Shown: positions 32,870 through 42,102 of the stretch, piece by piece | How the letters are laid out: every line of letters starts with the position of its first letter | Position numbering within the stretch: position 1 is the stretch's first letter | IMG/VR virus record: IMGVR_UViG_3300025936_000003 | Direction: 5' to 3' (one strand) | Source of the DNA: an uncultured virus (IMG/VR IMGVR_UViG_3300025936_000003) | Taxonomy: Duplodnaviria > Heunggongvirae > Uroviricota > Caudoviricetes | DNA length: 64,000 bases | Translations under genes and position numbers: made by a program | Notes under the pieces: generated by a model | Databases searched by the model: none | What the model saw: only the letters and a program-made list of their open reading frames with translations | What the model was told of the DNA's origin: nothing

Positions 32870-33412
32870 ATGCACAATATGAACCATATGAACCATATGC
32901 CCGCCGTCGATCCAGATGAGGAACTTCCAAAGGTAGAGAAGCTAATTTACGACCTTGCCTGGAAGTTCACCAAAACATACCCAATCGACTTTGAAGAGGC
33001 TCGCAGGGAGGCTTACTACGCCTTCGTCCGCGCCTGCTACGACTACAACCCTGAGCGAGGAACGAAGTTTTCGTCTTGGGTCTACACTTGGATATGGTGC
33101 CACTTGAAGACCCTCATTACCAAACGCACCGTCGAACCTCTCGTCTTCATCGAAGTGAAAGACGAGATCTTCGGTGAAGCGGCTCCTGACAGAAGTCCAA
33201 CGCTGGACATGATAGGCGACTTATCCGAGGACGCGAAGGAGATCATCAAGCTCTTGCTTGAAACGCCGGGCGAGCTGCTTGGTGGTGCCTGCACGCCGAA
33301 ACAGCTCTTGCACAAGGTGAAGAACTACTTGGTGGGCAAGGGTAGGCCGAAAGCTGAAGTGGACAAGGCTCACAAAGAGATTGTGACGAAGTTTCGAGAG
33401 GCGTGGGCATGA
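32870..33412 (+). CDS. Phage sigma70-family factor with region 2, no recognisable region-4.2 HTH
   Basis: LIYDLAWKF...FEEARREAYYAFVRACYDYNPERGTKFSSWVYTWI = region 2; LSEDAKEIIKLL resembles the start of region 4.1 only. Confidence 0.75.
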   Translation: MHNMNHMNHMPAVDPDEELPKVEKLIYDLAWKFTKTYPIDFEEARREAYYAFVRACYDYNPERGTKFSSWVYTWIWCHLKTLITKRTVEPLVFIEVKDEIFGEAAPDRSPTLDMIGDLSEDAKEIIKLLLETPGELLGGACTPKQLLHKVKNYLVGKGRPKAEVDKAHKEIVTKFREAWA

Positions 33413-33630
33413 CACCGCTAGAACAACGACAGATGAGACGGATCGAGCAACCCGCTCCAGGAGTGAAGATGCTGGCGAATAGCAACATGACGAAAGCACG
33501 CATGGTAGGGATCTGCCAGGATGAAGGACTCGACACGTCCGGCACAAGGCTGGATCTCGCCAAGCGCATCGTGGAGCACAGGTCCGCAGAGTTTTCACGA
33601 GCGTGGGATGCGATTGCGGGGAAGACTTGA
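33409..33630 (+). CDS. SAP-motif small DNA-binding protein
   Basis: MTKARMVGICQDEGLDTSGTRLDLAKRI resembles SAP consensus. Confidence 0.5.
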   Translation: MTPLEQRQMRRIEQPAPGVKMLANSNMTKARMVGICQDEGLDTSGTRLDLAKRIVEHRSAEFSRAWDAIAGKT

Positions 33631-34985
33631 AAGAGACTAAACTCAGACCTTTTCAAATAGAAGGAGTCCAGCAAATTTACCGCTTCAAAGGTCGCGTCTT
33701 GCTGGCGGATGAGATGGGCCTTGGTAAAACGATTCAGGCCCTCTACTGGATCAAGAAGATTCCAAAGCGACGTCCTGTCGTCATCATCGCCCCAGCTTCT
33801 ATGAAATACGTCTGGCAGAGCGAGGCTGCTCTTCACTTCGGCATGAGAACTGAGGTTCTTGAAGGACATCACAAGGGGCAGAGGCCCCAACTCATATCTG
33901 AAGACATCATCATCATCAACTATGACATCCTTCGCTCCTGGTTGCCGTCGCTGCTGAAGGCCGATCCCCAGTGCGTGATTCTAGATGAGTGTCACTACAT
34001 CAAGAACAAAGATGCCAAGCGAACGAAAGCAGCCTTGCAATTGACCGAGAACGCTTCATCTGTGCTGGGACTTAGCGGCACTCCTCTCACCAATCGGCCG
34101 ATTGAACTTTGGACAATCTTGAAGGCCATCAGACCTGACTTATTCCCCGACCACAACGAATATGCTTGGCGATACTGCAAACCGCGATGGACGCGGTGGG
34201 GATGGGTGTATGACGGTGCTGTGCGGACGCCAGAACTCCATAAGATCTTGCGCCGAGAGTGCATGATTCGGCGCTTGAAAAAGGACGTGCTAACAGAGCT
34301 GCCCGACAAAACGAGACAGATGGTTCCGTTCCGTCTCAAGTCCTATGAAGAATATGACCAAGCCGAGAATGACTTCCTACTTTGGCTTAGGCGAATCAGT
34401 CCGCAGAAAGCCCAGCGAGCAAAGCGAGCCGAAGCACTCGCAAAGATGGGGTACCTGATACGACTCGCTGCCAGGTTGAAGATGGACTGGACCGAACGGT
34501 GGATTGAAGAGTTCTATGAATCCCATCCCGGCGAGAAGCTCGTTGCAATGACGTGCTGGACCTTCGTCATAGATCATTTGAAGCAGAAGTTCGGCGACCG
34601 AGCCGTCGTCATTGACGGCCGGGTGACAGGGCGGCAGCGAGAAGAAACCAGACGATGCTTTCAATCCAACAAGCGGGTAGATCTGCTGCTAGGCAACTGG
34701 CGAGCCGCTGGCATCGGCATCACCCTCACAGCCGCGTCCAACCTAGCTTCACTGGACCTTCCATGGACACCAGGAGACCTGCTGCAAGGAGAAGATCGTA
34801 TTCACCGGATTGGGCAGAAGATGAAAGTGGTTATTCATTACCTGATGGCCTTGGACACGATAGAGGAGAAGCAGGTTAACATCCTCAGGAAGAAGACGAA
34901 GATTCTCGATGCCATATTGGACGGTAAGAGGCCGGCCAAAGACTTGAATATCTTCGACGCACTGATCGAAAGGATGACAAAATGA
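33627..34985 (+). CDS. SNF2-family helicase
   Basis: LLADEMGLGKT, ILDECH, LSGTPLTN, GIGITLTAA, QGEDRIHRIGQ; TTG start assumed. Confidence 0.92.
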   Translation: MKETKLRPFQIEGVQQIYRFKGRVLLADEMGLGKTIQALYWIKKIPKRRPVVIIAPASMKYVWQSEAALHFGMRTEVLEGHHKGQRPQLISEDIIIINYDILRSWLPSLLKADPQCVILDECHYIKNKDAKRTKAALQLTENASSVLGLSGTPLTNRPIELWTILKAIRPDLFPDHNEYAWRYCKPRWTRWGWVYDGAVRTPELHKILRRECMIRRLKKDVLTELPDKTRQMVPFRLKSYEEYDQAENDFLLWLRRISPQKAQRAKRAEALAKMGYLIRLAARLKMDWTERWIEEFYESHPGEKLVAMTCWTFVIDHLKQKFGDRAVVIDGRVTGRQREETRRCFQSNKRVDLLLGNWRAAGIGITLTAASNLASLDLPWTPGDLLQGEDRIHRIGQKMKVVIHYLMALDTIEEKQVNILRKKTKILDAILDGKRPAKDLNIFDALIERMTK

Positions 34986-35119
34986 AGGACGAAACACTGC
35001 TCATCCAGGGGATTCCAATCAAGGTGAAAGCTTCTTTCAAGGCCGCCTGCGCGAAGCAAGGCAAAACGATGAAGCAAATCGTCATACTGTTCATGCAGGA
35101 ATTTGTGAAGCGCAGATAA
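34982..35119 (+). CDS. Ribbon-helix-helix (ParG-like) protein, 45 aa
   Basis: Manual translation MKDETLLIQGIPIKVKASFKAACAKQGKTMKQIVILFMQEFVKRR. Confidence 0.65.
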   Translation: MKDETLLIQGIPIKVKASFKAACAKQGKTMKQIVILFMQEFVKRR

Positions 35120-35125
35120 TAGTTT

Positions 35126-36163
35126 GTGAGAATGGTCTCCATCAAATTGGTGAATTTCCAGGCGCACGACGAGCTGGTAATAGACATCGACCCCCAAATC
35201 ACCACCATAAAGGGCCCGACGGATGTTGGTAAGTCGTCCATCCTTCGGGCCCTGAGGTGGATTTGCTTGAATGACATCGCCGGTGAGGCCTTCATCAAAG
35301 AGGGTGAGAAGAAGACAATCGTCAAGCTGACCGTCGAAGAGGAAGGGAACCCAGGTAAGTGGACTGTCAAACGAGTTAGGGGAACAGGCGGAAGCGTCAA
35401 CACCTACGAGCTGGACAGCAATGAATTCAAAGCCTTTGGCAACGGTGTGCCCAAGCAGATAGGTGACATTCTCCATCTAAACGAAATCAATTTCCAAGGG
35501 CAGCATGACAGCCCTTTCTGGTTCAACGAGACTGCCGGCGAGGTGTCTCGTCGTCTCAATTCGGTCATCGATCTCAGCGTCATCGACGACGTGCTCGGCA
35601 ACATTGCGTCAGAAGTGAGAAGGTCCCAGGAGAGAATCAGTCTCACTAACGAGCGTCTCACCGAAGCGAAAAGTGAGTATGAGAAGCTTAAGCCAATGGA
35701 GGACCGGATCACCGACTTTGAGTTCCTCAAGCTCGACAACGAGAGCCTACTCACCATCGAAGCGAGATTCACCAAGCTCGGCAGTCTCATCACCAGAGTG
35801 AGAGAAGCGAAGATTCGCATCACCGAGTTTGAAGAGAAATTCACAGAAGGCAAGGATATCGTCGCGCTGGGAGCTGAAGCCATCTCACTCAATGACTCGG
35901 CTGATGAGCTGAGAGACCTTATCAAGCAGGTTGAAGCCTTGCAGAAGGTGAAAGCCCCACCTCCTCTCGATTCTGTCACGACTGCTTACGATGCATGGCA
36001 GGATGCGGTTGGAAAGGCTGGCAATTTAAGGCTTAAATACATTCGCCTCGTTGAAGCCTCTAATGCCGAATCTACCTGGAAGGAAAAGCTTCGGCTCGCC
36101 GAGAACAAGTTTCACCAGCAAACCAAAGGGAAGAACTGTCCGGTGTGCGAAAAGCCAATATGA
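35126..36163 (+). CDS. SbcC/Rad50-like ATPase, N-terminal half only
   Basis: LVNFQAH, Walker A GPTDVGKSS, Q-loop FQGQHD, coiled coil, ends at zinc hook CPVC. Confidence 0.85.
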   Translation: MRMVSIKLVNFQAHDELVIDIDPQITTIKGPTDVGKSSILRALRWICLNDIAGEAFIKEGEKKTIVKLTVEEEGNPGKWTVKRVRGTGGSVNTYELDSNEFKAFGNGVPKQIGDILHLNEINFQGQHDSPFWFNETAGEVSRRLNSVIDLSVIDDVLGNIASEVRRSQERISLTNERLTEAKSEYEKLKPMEDRITDFEFLKLDNESLLTIEARFTKLGSLITRVREAKIRITEFEEKFTEGKDIVALGAEAISLNDSADELRDLIKQVEALQKVKAPPPLDSVTTAYDAWQDAVGKAGNLRLKYIRLVEASNAESTWKEKLRLAENKFHQQTKGKNCPVCEKPI

Positions 36164-37080
36164 GCGAACCTATTGCCATAGCGATTGCAGACTTGCACCT
36201 GTCCCTCTTGCAGCCTGCTTGCCGGGCCGATAAGGACTGGCTAGAAGTGCAGGCGGGATATCTCAAGCAAGTGAAGGATATCACCGAAGGATTTGATGAC
36301 CCGAGTCGTCGTCTCCCAATCCTCTGTGCCGGCGACATCTTCGATAGGTGGAACGCACCACCCGAACTCATCAACTTCGCATTGCAGCATCTCCCGGACG
36401 GAATGATCTGTGTGCCGGGTCAGCACGACCTTCCTAATCATCGCACAGACCAAGTCCATCGCAGTGGTTACGGCGTGCTCAAGCAAGTAGGCAAGATCGT
36501 GGACATCAGCGGCAAGCGAACGAATAAAGATATTGGACTTCTAGTCTATGGTTTTGAATGGGGGTCAGAGATACTCCCTCCTGATCATGAAAAGCCTGAT
36601 CTTCTTCAAGTCGCACTCATCCATCAGTATTGCTGGACCGACTTCCACTCCTATCCCGGCGCACCTGAAGATTCCAATCTCAGCAAGTTTGCGAAGTCTC
36701 TCAAAGGATACGACGTCGCTATCTTCGGCGACAACCACAAGGGCTTCCTGAGCGAGCTCAAGACAGGAACCACTGTGCTCAATGTCGGCGGATTCATCCG
36801 TCGCAAGTCTGACGAGATTGGCTACAATCCCAGCGTGGGCATCATCTACAGCGACGGGACGGTGAAGCGTTGCAAGCTAGACACGTCGGCCGATAAGTTT
36901 CACGAAGAGATTGCCGAGCGTGAAGAAGTCCCGTTGAACATGAAAGAGTTCATCGACGGGCTAGAGGGACTCGGCGAACACGGGCTGAACTTTAGGGAGG
37001 CCGTCGAGAATCACCTGAGAGACGAAGAACTGACACCTGCTGTCAAACAGATCATAAAGCAATGTCTGGAACCAAAATGA
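36160..37080 (+). CDS. sbcD: SbcD/Mre11-like metallophosphoesterase nuclease
   Basis: ADLH, AGDIFD, PGQHD, GDNH. Confidence 0.88.
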   Translation: MSEPIAIAIADLHLSLLQPACRADKDWLEVQAGYLKQVKDITEGFDDPSRRLPILCAGDIFDRWNAPPELINFALQHLPDGMICVPGQHDLPNHRTDQVHRSGYGVLKQVGKIVDISGKRTNKDIGLLVYGFEWGSEILPPDHEKPDLLQVALIHQYCWTDFHSYPGAPEDSNLSKFAKSLKGYDVAIFGDNHKGFLSELKTGTTVLNVGGFIRRKSDEIGYNPSVGIIYSDGTVKRCKLDTSADKFHEEIAEREEVPLNMKEFIDGLEGLGEHGLNFREAVENHLRDEELTPAVKQIIKQCLEPK

Positions 37081-37748
37081 CGATACCGGTAGGATACGTG
37101 AGGGTTTTCAACAACGGTGAAACCTACATCCAACCCAGCGAATTCACAAGCAAGGGCAAGCGCATCTTCTATCTGGAGTGTCAAGACCTCACCGTTCAAA
37201 CCAACAGTGGGCTAGACGAGACTCTGCGGCTGTGGGTTGCTATTGGGCAGCCTAAAGTCTTCTCGGCCGGGACCGTCGGATGAAGAACTGGTGTCAACAT
37301 ATCCAGTGGGGGTCACCACAAGATCAACCACGCGGTGGTTGGATTATCTACTTGGACCAAGTCCATGCCCAGGTGGTCGTCATTCCACGGACATGGAAGG
37401 TCTGCCCGATCTGTCAAACACCTCGCCCTGGCAAGGTTGAAGCAAGAAACGAAAGTGACGAGCGAGTTGCGAAGATGAAGAAGATGCCCGCATGAAAGCC
37501 ACTCACTGCGCCACCATCGGAAACAAGCAAGACGTGACTGCTTGGCAATTCAGTCGCACAGCTCCCATCCCTGTCTGGGTGGCTAGGAAATTTCACCAAA
37601 TCCCAGAAGCAGAGGGGTGGACCGCAGTAGACACGAATGGGAAGTTGGTCGAAGCGAAAGAAGGTGACTGGGTTGTCGCTCCTGATGTAGGGACCTGCTT
37701 CGTCCTCACCAACGAAGAATTTAATGAATGTTTCAAACCACTGATACC

Positions 37749-37997
37749 ATGAGCGAAGTCATTTCAGAAGAAACCTACCGGCGTCTCAAGCGAGATGTGG
37801 AGAACGCGAAGACCGAAGCCGACCGGGCCAAAGGTGCTCTCACGCAGATTACGACCCAGCTAGAAGACGAATTCGGAGTCAACAATCTGAAGGAGGCGAA
37901 GGAAGCTCTCACCGAGCTGGAAGCCAAGCGCGACAAGGCTAAGGATAAGTTCGACACCGCGCTGAAAGAATATCAGAAAAAATGGATTGCTGACTAG
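37749..37997 (+). CDS. Small coiled-coil protein (possible SbcCD-associated subunit)
   Basis: Heptad-rich 82 aa ORF near sbcD. Confidence 0.45.
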   Translation: MSEVISEETYRRLKRDVENAKTEADRAKGALTQITTQLEDEFGVNNLKEAKEALTELEAKRDKAKDKFDTALKEYQKKWIAD

Positions 37998-38095
37998 CCG
38001 TCAGCGGTCGCATTGCAGATCATTAGCTTTTGCAAGTATAAGAATCAATTCGTTCACCTACACTTTAAGACTCAACACTTTAGCTCTAAGTGAAA

Positions 38096-38141
38096 TCGGC
38101 ATGAGTCTTGCTCATACTAATTAGCTTTTGCAATAACGCAA
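38096..38141 (+). promoter_or_regulatory. sigma54-type promoter plus palindrome
   Basis: TCGGCATGAGTCTTGCT; TTGCAATAACGCAA at 38128. Confidence 0.75.
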
Positions 38142-38193
38142 AAGGCGCAAAAGAAAGTAAAGAGAAGTTGATACGAAGAAGATAATAGAGCAA

Positions 38194-39087
38194 ATGAACA
38201 CAACAATCATTCAAACACAAGGGGTCGAGGCCACAACGGCGCTCGACGAAACCATCAAGAACGCACAACTCAACTGGGAGCCGTTGGCGGACCAGGTCGC
38301 CGGCATGGACAGCGGAGTCGTCATGCCTCGCAAGAAGCTCCTCTACCGCAGCGACACTAAAGAGGCGCTCGGCGTCGTCGGCAGCGACTACGAACCGACG
38401 AACCCGAGGGACTTCGTCAATCGGCAGTATGCGCTCGCCGAATCGATGGGCGGGAAGGTCGTTCGGGTCGGGTTCCTCAGCGAGCGCAGCAGAGCGTTCG
38501 CGTTCGTTCAGGTCGGCGACAAGATCGAAATCCCTCGCGGCAAGCGCAAGGTCGGCGATCCGGTGCAGGCCTACATCTACTCCACCGACGGGTGGGACGG
38601 CGGAACGCCTCAGCGCAGCCGCTTGTATATCGAGCGCCTGAAGTGCGCGAACGGGATGACCAGTCGCGAGATTCACGCGAACCTTTGGGTGTCTCACGTG
38701 TCCGGCATGGAAAAGAGAGCCGAGCCCCGTCGTAACACCTTCCAGGGCGAGGTCCTGAAGATGACGGAAACGATCCGCAAGGAATTCACCAAGCTGGCGC
38801 AGACTCGCATGACGGTCGAGCAGGCGAAAGAGTTCGTCGAGAAGTTGATTCCGGGCGAAGCCACTATGTCGGTGAACCGCCGCAACACCGTCCTCAGCTT
38901 GTTCGAGACTGGCGACGGCAATGAGGCCGCGACACGCTGGGACGCCTACAACGCGGTGACCCAGTTCATCACACATCACCGGACCTACCGGACGACAGAC
39001 GCCACCAGTATCGAAACCAACCGGTTCTTGGGTGTGCTGGAAACCGACACCCTCGGCCGACAGGCGCTGAATCTGCTGCTGAATTAA
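38194..39087 (+). CDS. DUF932-family protein
   Basis: AQLNWE, YRSDT..LGVVGSDY, RLKCANG, TRWDAYNAVTQFITH. Confidence 0.8.
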   Translation: MNTTIIQTQGVEATTALDETIKNAQLNWEPLADQVAGMDSGVVMPRKKLLYRSDTKEALGVVGSDYEPTNPRDFVNRQYALAESMGGKVVRVGFLSERSRAFAFVQVGDKIEIPRGKRKVGDPVQAYIYSTDGWDGGTPQRSRLYIERLKCANGMTSREIHANLWVSHVSGMEKRAEPRRNTFQGEVLKMTETIRKEFTKLAQTRMTVEQAKEFVEKLIPGEATMSVNRRNTVLSLFETGDGNEAATRWDAYNAVTQFITHHRTYRTTDATSIETNRFLGVLETDTLGRQALNLLLN

Positions 39088-39098
39088 ACAGATCATAA

Positions 39099-39129
39099 CG
39101 CGGGCCGGTTCAACTCCGGCCCGCATTCT
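39099..39129 (+). terminator. Probable terminator hairpin
   Basis: GCGGGCCGG-TTCAACT-CCGGCCCGC after DUF932 stop; weak U-tract. Confidence 0.5.
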
Positions 39130-39144
39130 AACTGAATATGAAAT

Positions 39145-39351
39145 ATGACTCCTGAAGCCGCCGGATTACTGTTCGTGATTTTCTTCGTAACGGGCGCGTT
39201 GATGTACCTTCTCCCAACTATCATTGCGCGAGTCCGCAACCACCGTCAAACCGGCCCGATCTGCGTCATCAATATGCTGCTCGGCTGGACGTTCCTAGCT
39301 TGGGTGGTGTGCCTAGCTTGGTCGCTCACAAGCGATGTGGAGGCCCGATGA
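39145..39351 (+). CDS. Superinfection immunity protein (T4 Imm-like)
   Basis: YLLPTIIARVRNH...INMLLGWTFLAWVVCLAWS. Confidence 0.85.
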   Translation: MTPEAAGLLFVIFFVTGALMYLLPTIIARVRNHRQTGPICVINMLLGWTFLAWVVCLAWSLTSDVEAR

Positions 39352-39617
39352 GAAAACCACCGAAAGGATACTATCTCGTCACCACCCAAGACGAATTGAA
39401 AAAATCTTGGCCTCGTGAAGTTGTCATGGAAGGTGACTTGATGTTAGAAGACACAGGCACCTGGGGGCCCGCAGCACCAGGAGAGATCGGCTCACCCGTC
39501 AGAGCATTCAAAGGGGTTGCCAGGATCGACCCTACCAAGCATTTGATCAGGGAGAAGACATGCAGAGAAACGGAGGAACTATGAATGTGAAGAGGAATTT
39601 TGGGCGTTCAAGAAACT

Positions 39618-40487
39618 ATGAAAGTCTTTCCAGTTCACGAGTTCTTTAGCAGACAATACTCCCTTCCCTACTGGTTGCCTGAGCGCAAGAACCGTCGGTT
39701 CAGCATCACGATTGAATTCAAGAAGAAGGGCACTACACTGCCCATCGTCTCGATGAGAAATTCTCTCTTCATGGGGATTCCAAGAACCAGTGTCAAATTA
39801 GATCACCCGCTCGGCATTCACACCCTCCGCGAAGAAGGTGTGGCCAACTGGATGACATCCATGCCACAAGAGATCGAACAGCACTCACGTCAGCTCACAG
39901 GAATGAGCGGGCGGGTGCTTATCGGCGGTCTGGGACTCGGGCTCGCAGTCGCTTACTTGGAAGGCAACGATGACGTGACCGAAATTGTCTGCGTCGAAAA
40001 GAGTCAAAGCATCATCCATATGGTGCTACCGTTCCTGCCGAAGAAGAAGACGAGAGTCATCCAAATGGACCTCTTCAAATATCTTGAGCTTGAGAACGAA
40101 TTCGACTTCGCCTTCTACGACATCTGGTGTCCAACAGGAGAGACTGTTCACAAGAATTATGTCATTCCGTTGCGAAAGCTCTCACAAGGACTCATCCCTC
40201 AAGAGAACATCCAGTGTTGGAACGAGGATGAGATGATCGGGCAGATCAGGATGGCTTGTCAGACTTCGATCTTGTATCTCGATATGCCTGTAGGGGACCA
40301 GTTTCGGATCATACTTGACGAGCCCGAAGATCGCTTTGAGCGTTACAAGAAGCCTCAAGGGCTAGTTTGGTACTGGTACCGCTTTCTCCGCAGAGAGAAG
40401 CTAACGATCGCGCAAGCTCACGCACAGATGGTCCGCTACCTAGCCGATCTTAAAGACCCAGAACGATTTGAAAGGAATTGGATGTGA
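39618..40487 (+). CDS. Spermidine-synthase-like class I SAM-dependent transferase
   Basis: WMTSMPQE, GRVLIGGLGLG, VCVEKS, FDFAFYDIW. Confidence 0.7.
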   Translation: MKVFPVHEFFSRQYSLPYWLPERKNRRFSITIEFKKKGTTLPIVSMRNSLFMGIPRTSVKLDHPLGIHTLREEGVANWMTSMPQEIEQHSRQLTGMSGRVLIGGLGLGLAVAYLEGNDDVTEIVCVEKSQSIIHMVLPFLPKKKTRVIQMDLFKYLELENEFDFAFYDIWCPTGETVHKNYVIPLRKLSQGLIPQENIQCWNEDEMIGQIRMACQTSILYLDMPVGDQFRIILDEPEDRFERYKKPQGLVWYWYRFLRREKLTIAQAHAQMVRYLADLKDPERFERNWM

Positions 40488-40721
40488 AGAAACTCTCAGA
40501 ATTGGGCGAGGTGGTGGTATTGAGAATCCTTAGCAAGGACAAGGCTGTCGTCCTGGACCACTCAGGAGACTTTTGGATGGTGATACTTGAATCCTTCTGG
40601 AAGGGGATGAAAGTAGGATGGACGATTGATTTAGGTGAAGACCTGTATAAAGGTAAGGAGGCTATTATTGTGAAAGGACAGGACCCTAAATGAAACTGCA
40701 AGAAGATTCAGATAATAAGTT

Positions 40722-41306
40722 ATGATAACAGTCAGCAAAATCAAACTCAGAAAGACCTTCGGACCCTATGTATTCAGGGTGCTGGGGAATAAGATTCAGT
40801 TTGTCAAGAAGGGTTGGTATGAAGCCGACTCGCTACCGACAATCGAAGAATACAAGGAACTCGAGAAGAAATCGTTCTCTACTCCCGTTGCCGATGCCGT
40901 CGAGAACGCAAAGTCAGAGCTGGAGTCGCTGCGCGATGAGCTTCAGGAATGGTATGACAACCTGCCCGAGGGCTTCCAGAGTGGTGACAAAGGTGATCAG
41001 CTTCAAGAGGCTGTCAGCCAATTAGAGACCGCAATCGACAACATTCAGGACGTGCCGGATTGCCTGGATGAGGTGAAAGTCATCATCAAGCCGCTCGAAG
41101 ATCCTCGCAGTGCCAGCCGGGCCGATCGAGGCGGTCAAGCTGCGTATGAGCTGCGTCAGGTTGCCGAGCATCTCGACGGTGAGGGCTTTATGCCTGAGGG
41201 GAAAACACTCGACGAAGAGCAGAAAGACGAAGTGAGGGAGTTCCAAGAGACCTTGGCCTCAGCCGCTGATGACGCAGACGCAGTGGACTACCCAGGAATG
41301 TATTAA
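40722..41306 (+). CDS. Acidic helical hypothetical protein
   Basis: 194 aa ORF, ATG 4 nt after AGATAATA. Confidence 0.55.
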   Translation: MITVSKIKLRKTFGPYVFRVLGNKIQFVKKGWYEADSLPTIEEYKELEKKSFSTPVADAVENAKSELESLRDELQEWYDNLPEGFQSGDKGDQLQEAVSQLETAIDNIQDVPDCLDEVKVIIKPLEDPRSASRADRGGQAAYELRQVAEHLDGEGFMPEGKTLDEEQKDEVREFQETLASAADDADAVDYPGMY

Positions 41307-42102
41307 AATGAACGAACATCCACCGAGAGACGGAGACCTTCCTCGAAAAGAACTGGTAGATTTAGCTGAAGAAACGATAGCTCGCTACGGTGGCAAGGAG
41401 AAGGCGAGGGTGTTCTTCAAATACACCTGCCCTCATTGTGGCCAGCGATGCACGCTGGTTGACGCGAACACTCTTCACGCAAAAGGCACCTGTGCAAAGT
41501 GCGGGAAAGAAGGAGAAATCACTCACGGCGGGTTCAGACTAGAGTTGATCATAAGGGGTTAGCCTGCTTGCAATTGGACTGGGAGCGTGCAAAGATAATA
41601 CCAGTGCGCCTATTCTAGGGTGCATCCAGGCATAAGAAACCTGTCGAAGATCGGATTGCTTTTGAATTTGGTCGTCGTTTCTCGGTGACGCGGTGACGCG
41701 GGGGCGGACCTCGAGCCTTTTCTTACACCTTAGACGACGACCAATTTAATGAAAGATTATCCTTATGGAAGTGGATCTATTCAGTCCGGAATCAATCAAG
41801 AAGACAATCGAGTATGGAAGGAGGAAGGCAGAGGAGGAAGGAGGAAGATGCAGACACGTTCAAGAAGGTGAAACACCCCATTCAATCTCATGCCGCACAG
41901 AAACAGGAGACTGGGATGTATTGTGCGAGGAGTGTGCGGAAAAGAGAGCCCGGCCCTACTACACTATTCCTCTTGAAAGATTCTTCGTGTCCAACTTTGA
42001 AACAGTTGATTGGATAGCTCACCTCAGCGAAAAATCTTGGTTCGTTCCTAAGAAGTTTATCGGAGTATTCAGAAATCTTCGAGGACTGAAAGGAGCCGGA
42101 CT

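Noticed and set aside
21473..38141. Repeated ~45-bp elements as CRISPR repeats or mobile-element ends
   Set aside because: Dispersed kilobases apart at gene-unit starts, with no regular spacers and no cas or transposase genes; promoter geometry explains them
39099..39125. tRNA (GGTTCAACTCC resembles a T-arm)
   Set aside because: Only a single hairpin; no acceptor, D or anticodon arms
25557..39126. Long minus-strand ORFs 25557-26618 and 38086-39126
   Set aside because: Antisense to plus-strand genes with promoters and typical codon use; no recognisable motifs
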